Shown piece after piece: positions 35,803-44,094 of a stretch of 64,000 nt of DNA. Position 1 is the first letter of the stretch. Every line of letters begins with the position of its first letter. A program made the translations under genes and the position numbers. The DNA is from Pirellulales bacterium (GTDB taxonomy: Bacteria; Planctomycetota; Planctomycetia; Pirellulales; JAIMBC01). The stretch covers positions 13,263 through 77,262 of the forward strand of contig JAIMBC010000001.1 of assembly GCA_023511675.1 (NCBI GenBank). The letters are read 5' to 3'. Under the pieces are notes generated by a model that saw nothing but the letters and a program-made list of their open reading frames with translations, did no database searches and had not been told where the DNA came from.

Positions 35803-36723
35803 ATGGGACTCTTCGACAAGCTCAAGGCCGGCCTCAAGAAGACCGCCGCCCTGCTCAGGACCGACATCCGCGACCTCTTCAAGACCCAGGGGCGGCTGGT
35901 GGACGAAGTGTTCCTCCAGGAACTTTTCGCTATTCTCGTCCGCACCGACATGGGCGTCGACGCCGCACAGCAAACGGTCGACGAAATCCGCGCCGCCTAT
36001 CGCGGCCGCGTGGTCCAGATGGCCGACATTCTGGAAGTGGTCAAGGCCAGGCTGAAACAACTCTTGGCCCAGCCCCATGAGCCCTTGCGGCTGGCAGCCA
36101 CAGGGCCTACGGTCATCATGGTGGCTGGCGTGAACGGGGCTGGAAAGACTACCTCGATTGCCAAGCTGGCACGCTACTTCCTGAACCAGGGCAAGCACGT
36201 CGTGCTCGGGGCCGCCGATACCTTTCGAGCCGCCGCCGTGGAACAGCTTACCATCTGGGCACAGCGGTTGGGTGTCCAGATCATCACAGGTCCTGCCGGC
36301 AGCGATCCGGCTAGCGTGGCCCATAGGGCAGTGGCACACACCCTGGAAACACAGGCGGACGTCTGCATCGTCGATACCGCCGGTCGGCTGCAAACCCAGC
36401 AGAACCTGATGCAGCAGCTCGCCAAGATACACCGCGTGCTGGGCAAACAGATCCCCGAGGCGCCCCATGAGGTGCTGCTCGTGCTCGACGCCACCACTGG
36501 CCAGAACGGCATCAGCCAGGCCCGCCACTTCACCGCAGCCGTGAAGTGTACCGGCATCATCCTGGCCAAGATCGACGGCACGGCCAAGGGCGGTGTCGTG
36601 GTGGCCATCCGCCAGCAAGTTGGACTGCCGGTCAAGTTCGTGGGCGTGGGGGAAAAGGCCGAAGACCTTGAGCCGTTCGACGCAAGTGCTTTCGTGGACG
36701 CCATGTTCGACGAGGCAGGGTGA
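35803..36723 (+). CDS. ftsY: Signal recognition particle receptor FtsY
   Basis: GVNGAGKTTSIAKLA, DTAGRLQ and KIDGTAKGG SRP-GTPase motifs. ATG immediately follows the nusB stop. Confidence 0.95.
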   Translation: MGLFDKLKAGLKKTAALLRTDIRDLFKTQGRLVDEVFLQELFAILVRTDMGVDAAQQTVDEIRAAYRGRVVQMADILEVVKARLKQLLAQPHEPLRLAATGPTVIMVAGVNGAGKTTSIAKLARYFLNQGKHVVLGAADTFRAAAVEQLTIWAQRLGVQIITGPAGSDPASVAHRAVAHTLETQADVCIVDTAGRLQTQQNLMQQLAKIHRVLGKQIPEAPHEVLLVLDATTGQNGISQARHFTAAVKCTGIILAKIDGTAKGGVVVAIRQQVGLPVKFVGVGEKAEDLEPFDASAFVDAMFDEAG

Positions 36724-36890
36724 GTGACCCCCCCTGCCGAGGCCACGCGTCAAAGCCAGGCCACAGCCCACCTACCCACCCTTCCGCCCTCAACGCCCGC
36801 CCGCTACCAACCTCGGCCGAAGCCCCAGTTCGCCCATCCATCGCCTTTTTCCAGGCCGGTTGCCGCATTTGCGCCCCCTGACATCACCTT

Positions 36891-36913
36891 ACCGCAAGAT
36901 CTTCGGTTTTTTT
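36891..36913 (+). terminator. Weak intrinsic-terminator-like element after ftsY
   Basis: ACCG...CGGT short stem enclosing the AAGATCTT palindrome (36891-36907), immediately followed by a T7 run (36907-36913). T-runs are rare in this GC-rich sequence. The stem is weak. Confidence 0.25.
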
Positions 36914-36915
36914 CC

Positions 36916-36944
36916 TTGAAGCGCCGTACTTGCCCAATTACTCT
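36916..36944 (+). promoter_or_regulatory. Sigma70-like promoter candidate for the giant secreted-protein gene
   Basis: TTGAAG (36916-36921), 17-nt spacer, then TACTCT (36939-36944), preceded by a T-rich tract. About 118 nt upstream of ATG 37062. Confidence 0.3.
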
Positions 36945-37061
36945 AACTTTCAAACTCCACACGTCGGATATGTTGCCGAGCCCCGGTGCCCCGCGGGTTG
37001 GGGAATGGACGCCACCCGCCCCGCGGCTGCTTGCGGGCAGCACTTAGCAGGAGATCTCCCC

Positions 37062-40000
37062 ATGCGATCCTGGCCAGATTCACACAAGCAGCGCTCCAAG
37101 ACCGCACGCCGGCACGGCCTAATAGCCCATGCCCCACGACGCCGTTTGGGCTTGCAATGGCTCGAGGATCGTCGCCTGCTGACCGTCGACATCACGGCCT
37201 TTGATTTTACCCTCGGCCAGTTCACGTTTACCGGCGACCAGACTGGTGCCAACGAGGTCGACCAGCTTCAACTCGGCGTCTTCGGCGGTTTGCTCACGCA
37301 CAACCTCCTTGCAATTGGCGGTACGGGAGACTACCTCAGCGCTTTCGACTTCGATCCCACCGCTGGCGTGCAGACCATTGCGGTCGGGGCCGGCACCAAC
37401 CCGCTGATCACTGTCAACCTCTTGGGTGGTGACGACAGCCTCACAATTACGACCGACGGGCTGATTGGCATACACCCCATCGTCTACGACGGCGGCACAG
37501 GCTCCGACACGCTCAGCCTCTCGGGCAGCACCGCCGGCCATGCGGTTACTTTGAGCGCAAACGGAGATGGCTGGAACGGTGGCACCACGGGGATCAGCTT
37601 CTTCAACGTCAACGTCGTGGAAGGGTCGGCAGGCGACGATACGTTGAACGTGCAATCCACCTTCGCCGCAATTACTTACATCGTCGATGCAGGCCCGGGC
37701 AACGACGTGATCAACGTGTCCGCCGACGCGCCGGCCAATACAGATACCCTGGATTTCATTCTGGGCGCGCTGTTCATCATCGGCAACGCGGGCAGCGACA
37801 CGCTGAACATCAGCGATGCCGGCCGTGCCGGGGCCAGCACCTTCCTGCTGACGAACACCACGCTGGACCGCACGGGCATGGCCCAGATCACGTATGGCAC
37901 GGTGGAGGCGTTCAACCTGGACACGGGCGACCAGGCCACCAGCGACGACACGATCAACATCCAGTCCACCGCCGCGGGTACCACCTACACCGTGGACGCC
38001 GGCGCGGGCAACGATGTGATCAACGTCTCCAGCGATGCGCCGGTGAATGCGGGCGATCTGAACGGCATCCTGGGTGCGCTCACGGTGAACGGCGGGGCGG
38101 GCACGGACACGCTGAACATCAGCGATGCCGGCCGGGCTGGGGCCAGCACGTTCCTGCTCACGGGCACCACCCTGAACCGCACGGGCATGGCCCAGATCAC
38201 GTATGGCACGGTGGAGGCGTTCAACCTGGACACGGGCAACCAGGCCACCAGCGACGACACGATCAACATCCAGTCCACCGCCGCCGGCACGGTGTACACC
38301 ATTAACGCCGGCCAGGGCAACGATGATGTGAACGTTTCGTCAGATGCCCCCACCATGGCGGGTACGCTCGACGGCCTGCTGGGACCGATCACCTTGAATG
38401 CCGGGGCTGGCACCAACGATCTGTTCTTCAGCGATGCCGGCCGGGCCGCGGGTGCAACGTTTGATCTGACGGCCAGCACGCTTGCCCGCACGGCGATGGG
38501 GCTGGCCACCTATAATGGCTTTGCCACCTTCCGGCTCGATGCCGGCACGGGGGACGACACGCTGAACGTTGTCTCTACCAACGCCGCCACTGTCTATACG
38601 CTCAATACCGGCCTGGGGAGCGACACAGCCAACGTGCTATCTCTGGCCGTGGGCGGCGACACGACGCTGAACATGGGTGGCGGCGACGATACGGTGAACG
38701 TTTCCTCCACGGCACCCAGCCTGCTGGGCTCGCTGGATGGCATTCAGGGCTTGTTCGCTCTGGACGGGGGGGCTGGCACGGATCACGCCAGTTTCAGCGA
38801 TCTGGGGGATCCGGACGCCAACGTGTACACCGTTACCCACGAATCTGTGTTCCGTGGCGGCATGGGAGACGTGCAGCACAGCAACCTGGAGATCCTCACG
38901 CTGAACACGTCTGCCGGCAATGATCGGGTGAACCTGCGGCTCGATACCGCGGCTCCGGCACTTCCCAACGTGGTGCAGCTCGACGGCGGCGCGGGCGGCC
39001 TGAACCTGTTCTGGGTGCTGGGCACGTCCCTGAACGATACCGTGACGGTGGGCAATTATGTGGTCGGCCCCCCCGCCGCCATCCTCGCCGGTGATCCGGT
39101 ACAGATCCAGAACTTCGCCTCCATGTTCATGTTCGGCTTCGAGGGCGACGACACGTTTACCAATAATACGGCCACCCCCTCGCTGTTGAGCGGCGGAACG
39201 GGGACGGACAATCTTACCGGGGGCTCGAACAACGACTTGATCTTTGGTGGTGCCGCGGGCGACAACCTCTTCGGCAATGCGGGCGACGATCAGATCTTTC
39301 TCGATCTGGACATCGCCCTGGACGGCACCATCTCAGCGGTCGCCGTGGCAGGCGGCGTGGGGAACGGCGGGCCAGGAAACGACGTTGTCATCGCCTCGTC
39401 GCCGGCGGCCATCGTGAGTGGTGCCGAAGTGTTCCAGCCCCTCGGCGTGCTGGACGTGATAAGCTGGCTCACCGGGCGTCCCATCCCGCCGGACGTCGTG
39501 GTGGCCATCATCGGTGCACTGCCCTCGCACCCGCTGGTGCAGCAGTTGGCCCAGTTCTCGCCGCCGCCTGCGGGCCTGCCCGCAAGCGTGCAGCTCCCGC
39601 TCAATCCCTTCGTGGCGGAGGCATACCAGACCCTGCTGGGCCGCACGGTGACGGACTCCGACCCCGGCGCCCAGTACTGGACGAATCGGGCCGCCTCGGG
39701 CACGAGCATCGAGGAGATCCGCCTGGGCTTCCTGGCGAGTGCCGAGTACTTTGTACGTGCGGGCGGCACGAACGCCGCCTTTGTTGCGGCCCTGTACCGC
39801 GACCTGCTGGGCCGGAATGGTGCCTCGGGTGAAATTGCCTACTGGACGCAGCTTCTGGCTCAGGGTGCTTCGCGGTGGCAGATCGCTTATGGCATCATGC
39901 ACAGCCAGGAGGGGCTGCACTACCAGGTGAGCGCGATCTACGCCAAGCTCGGCCACCCGGTACCCGCGGCGGCGGATCTGAACCGACTGGCCATGGTGGC

Positions 40001-40688
40001 GGATTTCCTGGCTGGCGTGCCCTACAAGTTCGCGTACGACCAGGTCCAGCTCCAGGCGGGCAACTACACAGCGGCCAGCAAGAGCTACCAGTACGTGTTG
40101 GGGCTATATGAGCGCGTGCTGGGCCGCACGCCGGCAGACGCGGAGCTGGGCTACTGGCTGGCGCAACTCGCCTCGGGGCAACTTACCCAGGCCGGGCTGG
40201 CGCACACGTTCATCAACTCCACGGAGTACCGCATGCAGCGGGTTGAGGCGCTGTACCAGCAGCACCTTGGCCGATCTGCTGATCCCGCTGGCCTTGCCCA
40301 CTGGCTGGCCCTGTTGGGCCGCGGCGGCAGCATTGCCGACGTGCAACTGGCTATCATCGGCTCGCAGGAGTACTACACGCGTGCCGGCGGTACGGACCAG
40401 GCGTTTGTGGCCAGCCTGTACGTGGAGTTGCTCGGTCGTGCAGCCGCGCAGGCGGAGGTAGACTACTGGACGGCCGTGCTGGGGGGCAGCTCGCGTGGCC
40501 GCGTGGCCGCCTCGATCATGGCCAGCGCGGAGTTCCGCACGGTGCTTGTGGCGAACTGGTACCAGCAGTACCTGCACCGTCAGGCGGGCAACGCCGAACG
40601 CGACCGCCAGGTGGCTGCGCTGGGCAGCGGCGTGCCGCGTGAGCAGGTGCAAATCAGCATCCTGGCGGAGGCAGACTTCCGCGTCTAG
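37062..40688 (+). CDS. Giant secreted repeat protein (~1208 aa): N-terminal basic/LEDRRLLT motif, ~100-aa beta-rich tandem repeats, RTX-like Gly/Asp repeats, five C-terminal DUF4214-like modules
   Basis: ATG 37062 follows GCAGGAGA. N-terminus MRSWPDSHKQRSKTARRHG...RRRLGLQWLEDRRLLT. Repeats TY(I/T)VDAG.GNDVINVS...DTLNISDAGRAGASTFLL. GGTGTDNLTGGSNNDLIFGGAAGDNLFGNAGDDQIF. DUF4214-type LYxxLLGR...YW modules (FVAALYRDLLGRNGASGEIAYW and similar). Confidence 0.85.
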   Translation: MRSWPDSHKQRSKTARRHGLIAHAPRRRLGLQWLEDRRLLTVDITAFDFTLGQFTFTGDQTGANEVDQLQLGVFGGLLTHNLLAIGGTGDYLSAFDFDPTAGVQTIAVGAGTNPLITVNLLGGDDSLTITTDGLIGIHPIVYDGGTGSDTLSLSGSTAGHAVTLSANGDGWNGGTTGISFFNVNVVEGSAGDDTLNVQSTFAAITYIVDAGPGNDVINVSADAPANTDTLDFILGALFIIGNAGSDTLNISDAGRAGASTFLLTNTTLDRTGMAQITYGTVEAFNLDTGDQATSDDTINIQSTAAGTTYTVDAGAGNDVINVSSDAPVNAGDLNGILGALTVNGGAGTDTLNISDAGRAGASTFLLTGTTLNRTGMAQITYGTVEAFNLDTGNQATSDDTINIQSTAAGTVYTINAGQGNDDVNVSSDAPTMAGTLDGLLGPITLNAGAGTNDLFFSDAGRAAGATFDLTASTLARTAMGLATYNGFATFRLDAGTGDDTLNVVSTNAATVYTLNTGLGSDTANVLSLAVGGDTTLNMGGGDDTVNVSSTAPSLLGSLDGIQGLFALDGGAGTDHASFSDLGDPDANVYTVTHESVFRGGMGDVQHSNLEILTLNTSAGNDRVNLRLDTAAPALPNVVQLDGGAGGLNLFWVLGTSLNDTVTVGNYVVGPPAAILAGDPVQIQNFASMFMFGFEGDDTFTNNTATPSLLSGGTGTDNLTGGSNNDLIFGGAAGDNLFGNAGDDQIFLDLDIALDGTISAVAVAGGVGNGGPGNDVVIASSPAAIVSGAEVFQPLGVLDVISWLTGRPIPPDVVVAIIGALPSHPLVQQLAQFSPPPAGLPASVQLPLNPFVAEAYQTLLGRTVTDSDPGAQYWTNRAASGTSIEEIRLGFLASAEYFVRAGGTNAAFVAALYRDLLGRNGASGEIAYWTQLLAQGASRWQIAYGIMHSQEGLHYQVSAIYAKLGHPVPAAADLNRLAMVADFLAGVPYKFAYDQVQLQAGNYTAASKSYQYVLGLYERVLGRTPADAELGYWLAQLASGQLTQAGLAHTFINSTEYRMQRVEALYQQHLGRSADPAGLAHWLALLGRGGSIADVQLAIIGSQEYYTRAGGTDQAFVASLYVELLGRAAAQAEVDYWTAVLGGSSRGRVAASIMASAEFRTVLVANWYQQYLHRQAGNAERDRQVAALGSGVPREQVQISILAEADFRV
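37674..38594 (+). repeat. In-frame tandem coding repeats (units of 309, 309 and 300 nt) inside the giant gene
   Basis: Unit anchors (Thr-x-Tyr codons) at 37674, 37983, 38289 and 38589. Blocks 37797-37973 and 38106-38282 differ by about nine substitutions by my count and share an identical run of more than 55 nt. Confidence 0.85.
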
Positions 40689-40701
40689 CCGACGGCGGCC
40701 G

Positions 40702-41217
40702 CTAGCGTCGCAGCAGCCATTCCGGCAGCAACCGCTTCCTGGGCGCAGGGGTCGCTGGCGCGGCTGTTTGGTGGCCGACCGGTATGGTCGAGGCGTCTGA
40801 AGGCTCTGCCTGCTGGGGCGCGGCCACAGGCAGTTGTTCCTGCGTCAGCTCGTGGCAGCAGTCGCCGCACAGCTCTTCCACCACCCACTTCCAGCTTGGG
40901 CGGCGCGTCACCACCTCGTGCTTGACGAGCTTGTGCCGCGTCCGTACGCGGGCACACGTGGGCTGCCAGACGGTGTAGTGCTCGCAGCCGTCGCACGCCT
41001 CGCCGCAGGGGATGCTACGGCCGGGAACGCAGAAATCCTCAGCCACGGAAGAATAGCAAACGTGCTTGACCTCCTTCTCCTCGCACACCAGGCGGCAGTA
41101 CTTGTGGACGCCATGCGTGCAGCCGCAGCGTGCGCATGGCCCGCCTGCCTGGGCTGGCACCGCGCAAACGAGCGTAGCCAACATTCCGATCCACATCCCT
41201 ATTCGCGTCTTTAGCAT
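40702..41217 (-). CDS. Small secreted Cys-rich protein (18 Cys in the mature ~145 aa) with Pro/Ala-rich tail
   Basis: ATG 41217. Signal peptide MLKTRIGMWIGMLATLVCAVPAQA, then CARCGC...YCRLVCEEKEVKHVCY...DFCVP...PCGEACDGCEH...LCGDCCHE. The stop lies 13 nt from the convergent giant gene. Confidence 0.7.
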   Translation of the reverse strand: MLKTRIGMWIGMLATLVCAVPAQAGGPCARCGCTHGVHKYCRLVCEEKEVKHVCYSSVAEDFCVPGRSIPCGEACDGCEHYTVWQPTCARVRTRHKLVKHEVVTRRPSWKWVVEELCGDCCHELTQEQLPVAAPQQAEPSDASTIPVGHQTAAPATPAPRKRLLPEWLLRR

Positions 41218-41508
41218 TCTTCCAAGCCCACAAGCGAACCAGCCTGGATCCGTGCTAGAAAGCGTTCTTTCCCAAGCATCGGCATGGCGATGTGGCCGAC
41301 TGGTACAAACTTGTTGGTCTGGCGGAGGCAAGCGTCTCGCACCTAGGCGCAAGGGAGGCAAGATACGCTAACTCTGCGGCCTCAGAAACCGCTAGGGCAA
41401 AACGGCCTGACTGTAGCTGTGATTCGCCGGCGCGAGGGACTTTCTTCCCCGTCCCGTGCCGCGCATACTGGGCAAATCCTTGAGGCGGCTTCGGAGAATT
41501 GCAGACTC

Positions 41509-42189
41509 GTGCCTCGCGTCCTGGCAATGGGCGACATTCATGGTTGTGCCACGGCGCTGCGCTTGCTGCTGGAGGCCCTCCGTCTGCAACCGGACGACAC
41601 GCTGATCACGCTGGGAGATTACATCGACCGCGGGCCCGACTCCGCCTCGGCCGTGCAGCAGCTCCTCGAGCTTGCACGCACCTGTCGCCTGATCGCCCTG
41701 CGCGGCAATCACGAGGAGATGCTGTTCGATGCATTGCGCAGCGGCGTGGCGTGCTCGCTCTGGCTGCAATGCGGCGGCCAGGCCACCCTGGCGGCATATG
41801 GCGCCGATCACGACATGCCTCGCCTGCCTGACGCCCACTTGCAGTTCTTGCAGAGCACGTTGCCGATGTATGAAACCCCCACCCATTTCTTTGTGCATGC
41901 CAACTACGAGCCGCATCTGCCATTGGATGCCCAGCCGGCAGAAGTGCTCCTGTGGCGGTCGCTGCGCGATGTGATTCCCGCGCCACACGTCTCGGGCAAG
42001 ATCGCCGTGGTTGGGCACACGCCGCAACCCAGCGGCAGCGTGCTCAACCTCGGCTATCTCAAGTGCCTCGACACTGGATGCTGCTACGGCGGATGGCTCA
42101 CCGCCATCGACGTGGCTACGGGTGCCGCTTGGCAGGCCAACCAGCGGGGAGAGCTGCGCACCATCCCCCCCCTCTTGGCCGGCGGCTAG
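41509..42189 (+). CDS. Metallophosphoesterase (PPP / ApaH-like Ser/Thr phosphatase family)
   Basis: GDIHG, GDYIDRG, RGNHE and VVGHTP motifs. The start is either GTG 41509 or ATG 41527. Confidence 0.8.
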   Translation: MPRVLAMGDIHGCATALRLLLEALRLQPDDTLITLGDYIDRGPDSASAVQQLLELARTCRLIALRGNHEEMLFDALRSGVACSLWLQCGGQATLAAYGADHDMPRLPDAHLQFLQSTLPMYETPTHFFVHANYEPHLPLDAQPAEVLLWRSLRDVIPAPHVSGKIAVVGHTPQPSGSVLNLGYLKCLDTGCCYGGWLTAIDVATGAAWQANQRGELRTIPPLLAGG

Positions 42190-42387
42190 ACCTCGCACCA
42201 GGCTGAGCGTGGCATACCGCACAGACGCCCGGGGCCGTCCCCCGTATGCAGCTTGACGCCTGCGTAAGGCAAGGTCTTCACGGAGCTGCGGAGTGATGCT
42301 TGCCGCAAGGCTGGCGACACCTCATTGGCACCAGCACGGGCGCGCTTTACCATAGGGCCTGGCTGCGTCTTCCCAGGAGAAAACATC

Positions 42388-42840
42388 ATGCTGCGCGAAG
42401 TTGGTTCCAGCACATCGCTCGTCTGGGCCGCTGCCCTCACAGGGCTTGTGTTGCTCGCTGCCATGGCGGCCCGTCCCCGTTCTCACGCCCAGGATCCCTC
42501 CCAGACCGCGAGGCTGTTCGAAATGCGCACGTACATCGCCCACGATGGCAAGCTGGAGGCCCTGCACCGCCGCTTTCGAGAGCACACCACGCGGTTGTTT
42601 GAAAAGCACGGCATGACCAACATCGGCTACTGGGTGCCGGCCGAGGGAGACGAGGCCGCCAACACGCTGATCTACATCCTTGCCTATCCCAATCGAGAGG
42701 CACGCGAAGAGGCATGGAAAGCCTTTGTCAACGACCCCGAGTGGAAGGCCGCCAAGGAGGCCTCAGAAATCGACGGCCCCCTGGTGAAAAGCGTGGAGGT
42801 CAAGTTCCTCAACCCTACCGACTACTCGGCCATTCGCTAG
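42388..42840 (+). CDS. NIPSNAP-family protein with signal peptide
   Basis: ATG 42388 follows AGGAGA. Signal-like LVWAAALTGLVLLAAMAARPRSHA. LFEMRTYIAHDGKLEALHRRFREHTTRLFEKHGMTNIGYW is a typical NIPSNAP dimeric alpha-beta barrel. Confidence 0.85.
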   Translation: MLREVGSSTSLVWAAALTGLVLLAAMAARPRSHAQDPSQTARLFEMRTYIAHDGKLEALHRRFREHTTRLFEKHGMTNIGYWVPAEGDEAANTLIYILAYPNREAREEAWKAFVNDPEWKAAKEASEIDGPLVKSVEVKFLNPTDYSAIR

Positions 42841-42891
42841 CTCCCCTGCCGCGGTGCAGCCTGCCGCGACGCGCGTGACAGCAGACCCGGC

Positions 42892-44094
42892 ATGAAAATC
42901 GACCGCATCGAGCCCGTCAGCTTACGCTTCGCCTACCCGGCCGGCCAGGGCTTCTGGTGCGCCGGCGGTTACTGCGATGCCCGCGTCACCACGCTGGTCG
43001 AGGTACACACGGACACGGGCCTGTGCGGCCTGGGTTCGGCCTATACGTTGCCCGCACTCGCTCACGTGGTAGTGAAGGAGCAGCTCGAGCCGCTGCTACG
43101 CGGGCGGGAGGCAGACGACATCGAATCCCTCTGGAACCTCATGTACCGGGCCACGCGCTGGTACGGCCGCAAGGGTGCTGCCATGAGCGCCCTGGGTGCC
43201 GTGGATACGGCGCTGTGGGATCTGCGTGGCAAGCGCCTTGGGAAACCGGTCTGGGAGCTGCTGGGTGGCCGGCGGAGCACCTGCCCGGCCTACGCCAGCG
43301 CGCTGCTCTGGCAGCCGGTTGAGTCGCTCGCTGCCGAGGCACGCCGCCACCTGGACCGCGGCTATGTACGCATGAAAATGCGGCTTGGCCGCGACGAGCC
43401 GTACGACACCGCCGCCGTGGCCGCCGTGCGGCTGGCCATTGGCAACAAACACGATCTGATGTGCGATGCCTCGATGCGCTACCACCCGGCGCTGGCGGAG
43501 CGGATAGGCAAGTACCTGGCCACACAGGACGTGTTCTGGTTAGAAGAGCCTTTTGAGCCCGAAATGCTGGATGCCTACTCCGCTTTGCGTGGCCGCATTG
43601 GCGTGCCGCTGGCTGCCGGAGAGAACGAATTTGGCCTCCAGGGCTTTCGCGAGCTGATCGAGGCGAAGGCTGTCGAGATTGTGCAGCCCGATGTCTCTCG
43701 CGCAGGCGGCATCAGCGAGGTCTGGCGCATAGCGCAGCTTGCCGGCCGGGCGGGCCTCAAGCTGGCCACTCACTCGTGGAGCGATGGCCTGGCCGTCATC
43801 GCCAATGCCCACGTGGTGGCGGCGAGCGACTGCGGCCTCACCGTGGAGGTCGACCAGACCGGCAATCCCCTGGTGGACGATCTGCTCGACCCGCCGCTAA
43901 CAGTGCGCGACGGCCAGCTCGAGCTGGGCCGCGAACCCGGCCTGGGCGTGCGCTTGAACCGCACGCTCGTAGACCGCCTGAGCATGGCAGATCCCATGCG
44001 GCTCCCCGAGGGCTTCTACTCCGACATGGTTGCTGGGGCGGCTTACCTGCGGCCGGCCGACCCGTACCGCGAAACAGATGCTGTACCCGCATGA
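42892..44094 (+). CDS. Enolase-superfamily enzyme (mandelate racemase / acid-sugar dehydratase-like subgroup)
   Basis: Metal-ligand pattern D (LMCDASM), E (WLEEPF), E (AAGENE), plus QPDVSRAGG and ATHSW (Asp/His dyad region). 400 aa. Confidence 0.9.
   Translation: MKIDRIEPVSLRFAYPAGQGFWCAGGYCDARVTTLVEVHTDTGLCGLGSAYTLPALAHVVVKEQLEPLLRGREADDIESLWNLMYRATRWYGRKGAAMSALGAVDTALWDLRGKRLGKPVWELLGGRRSTCPAYASALLWQPVESLAAEARRHLDRGYVRMKMRLGRDEPYDTAAVAAVRLAIGNKHDLMCDASMRYHPALAERIGKYLATQDVFWLEEPFEPEMLDAYSALRGRIGVPLAAGENEFGLQGFRELIEAKAVEIVQPDVSRAGGISEVWRIAQLAGRAGLKLATHSWSDGLAVIANAHVVAASDCGLTVEVDQTGNPLVDDLLDPPLTVRDGQLELGREPGLGVRLNRTLVDRLSMADPMRLPEGFYSDMVAGAAYLRPADPYRETDAVPA

Noticed and set aside
43776-44090. 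N-terminal extensions of track ORFs: 43776-44090 before the MlrC gene, 47403-47912 before sucC, 886-1074 before the GT2 gene, 32614-32796 before rho and 35170-35388 before nusB
   Set aside because: The extensions overlap the preceding gene or are Arg/Pro-rich. Conserved N-termini, ATGA/GTGA couplings or Shine-Dalgarno sequences support the shorter starts I used.
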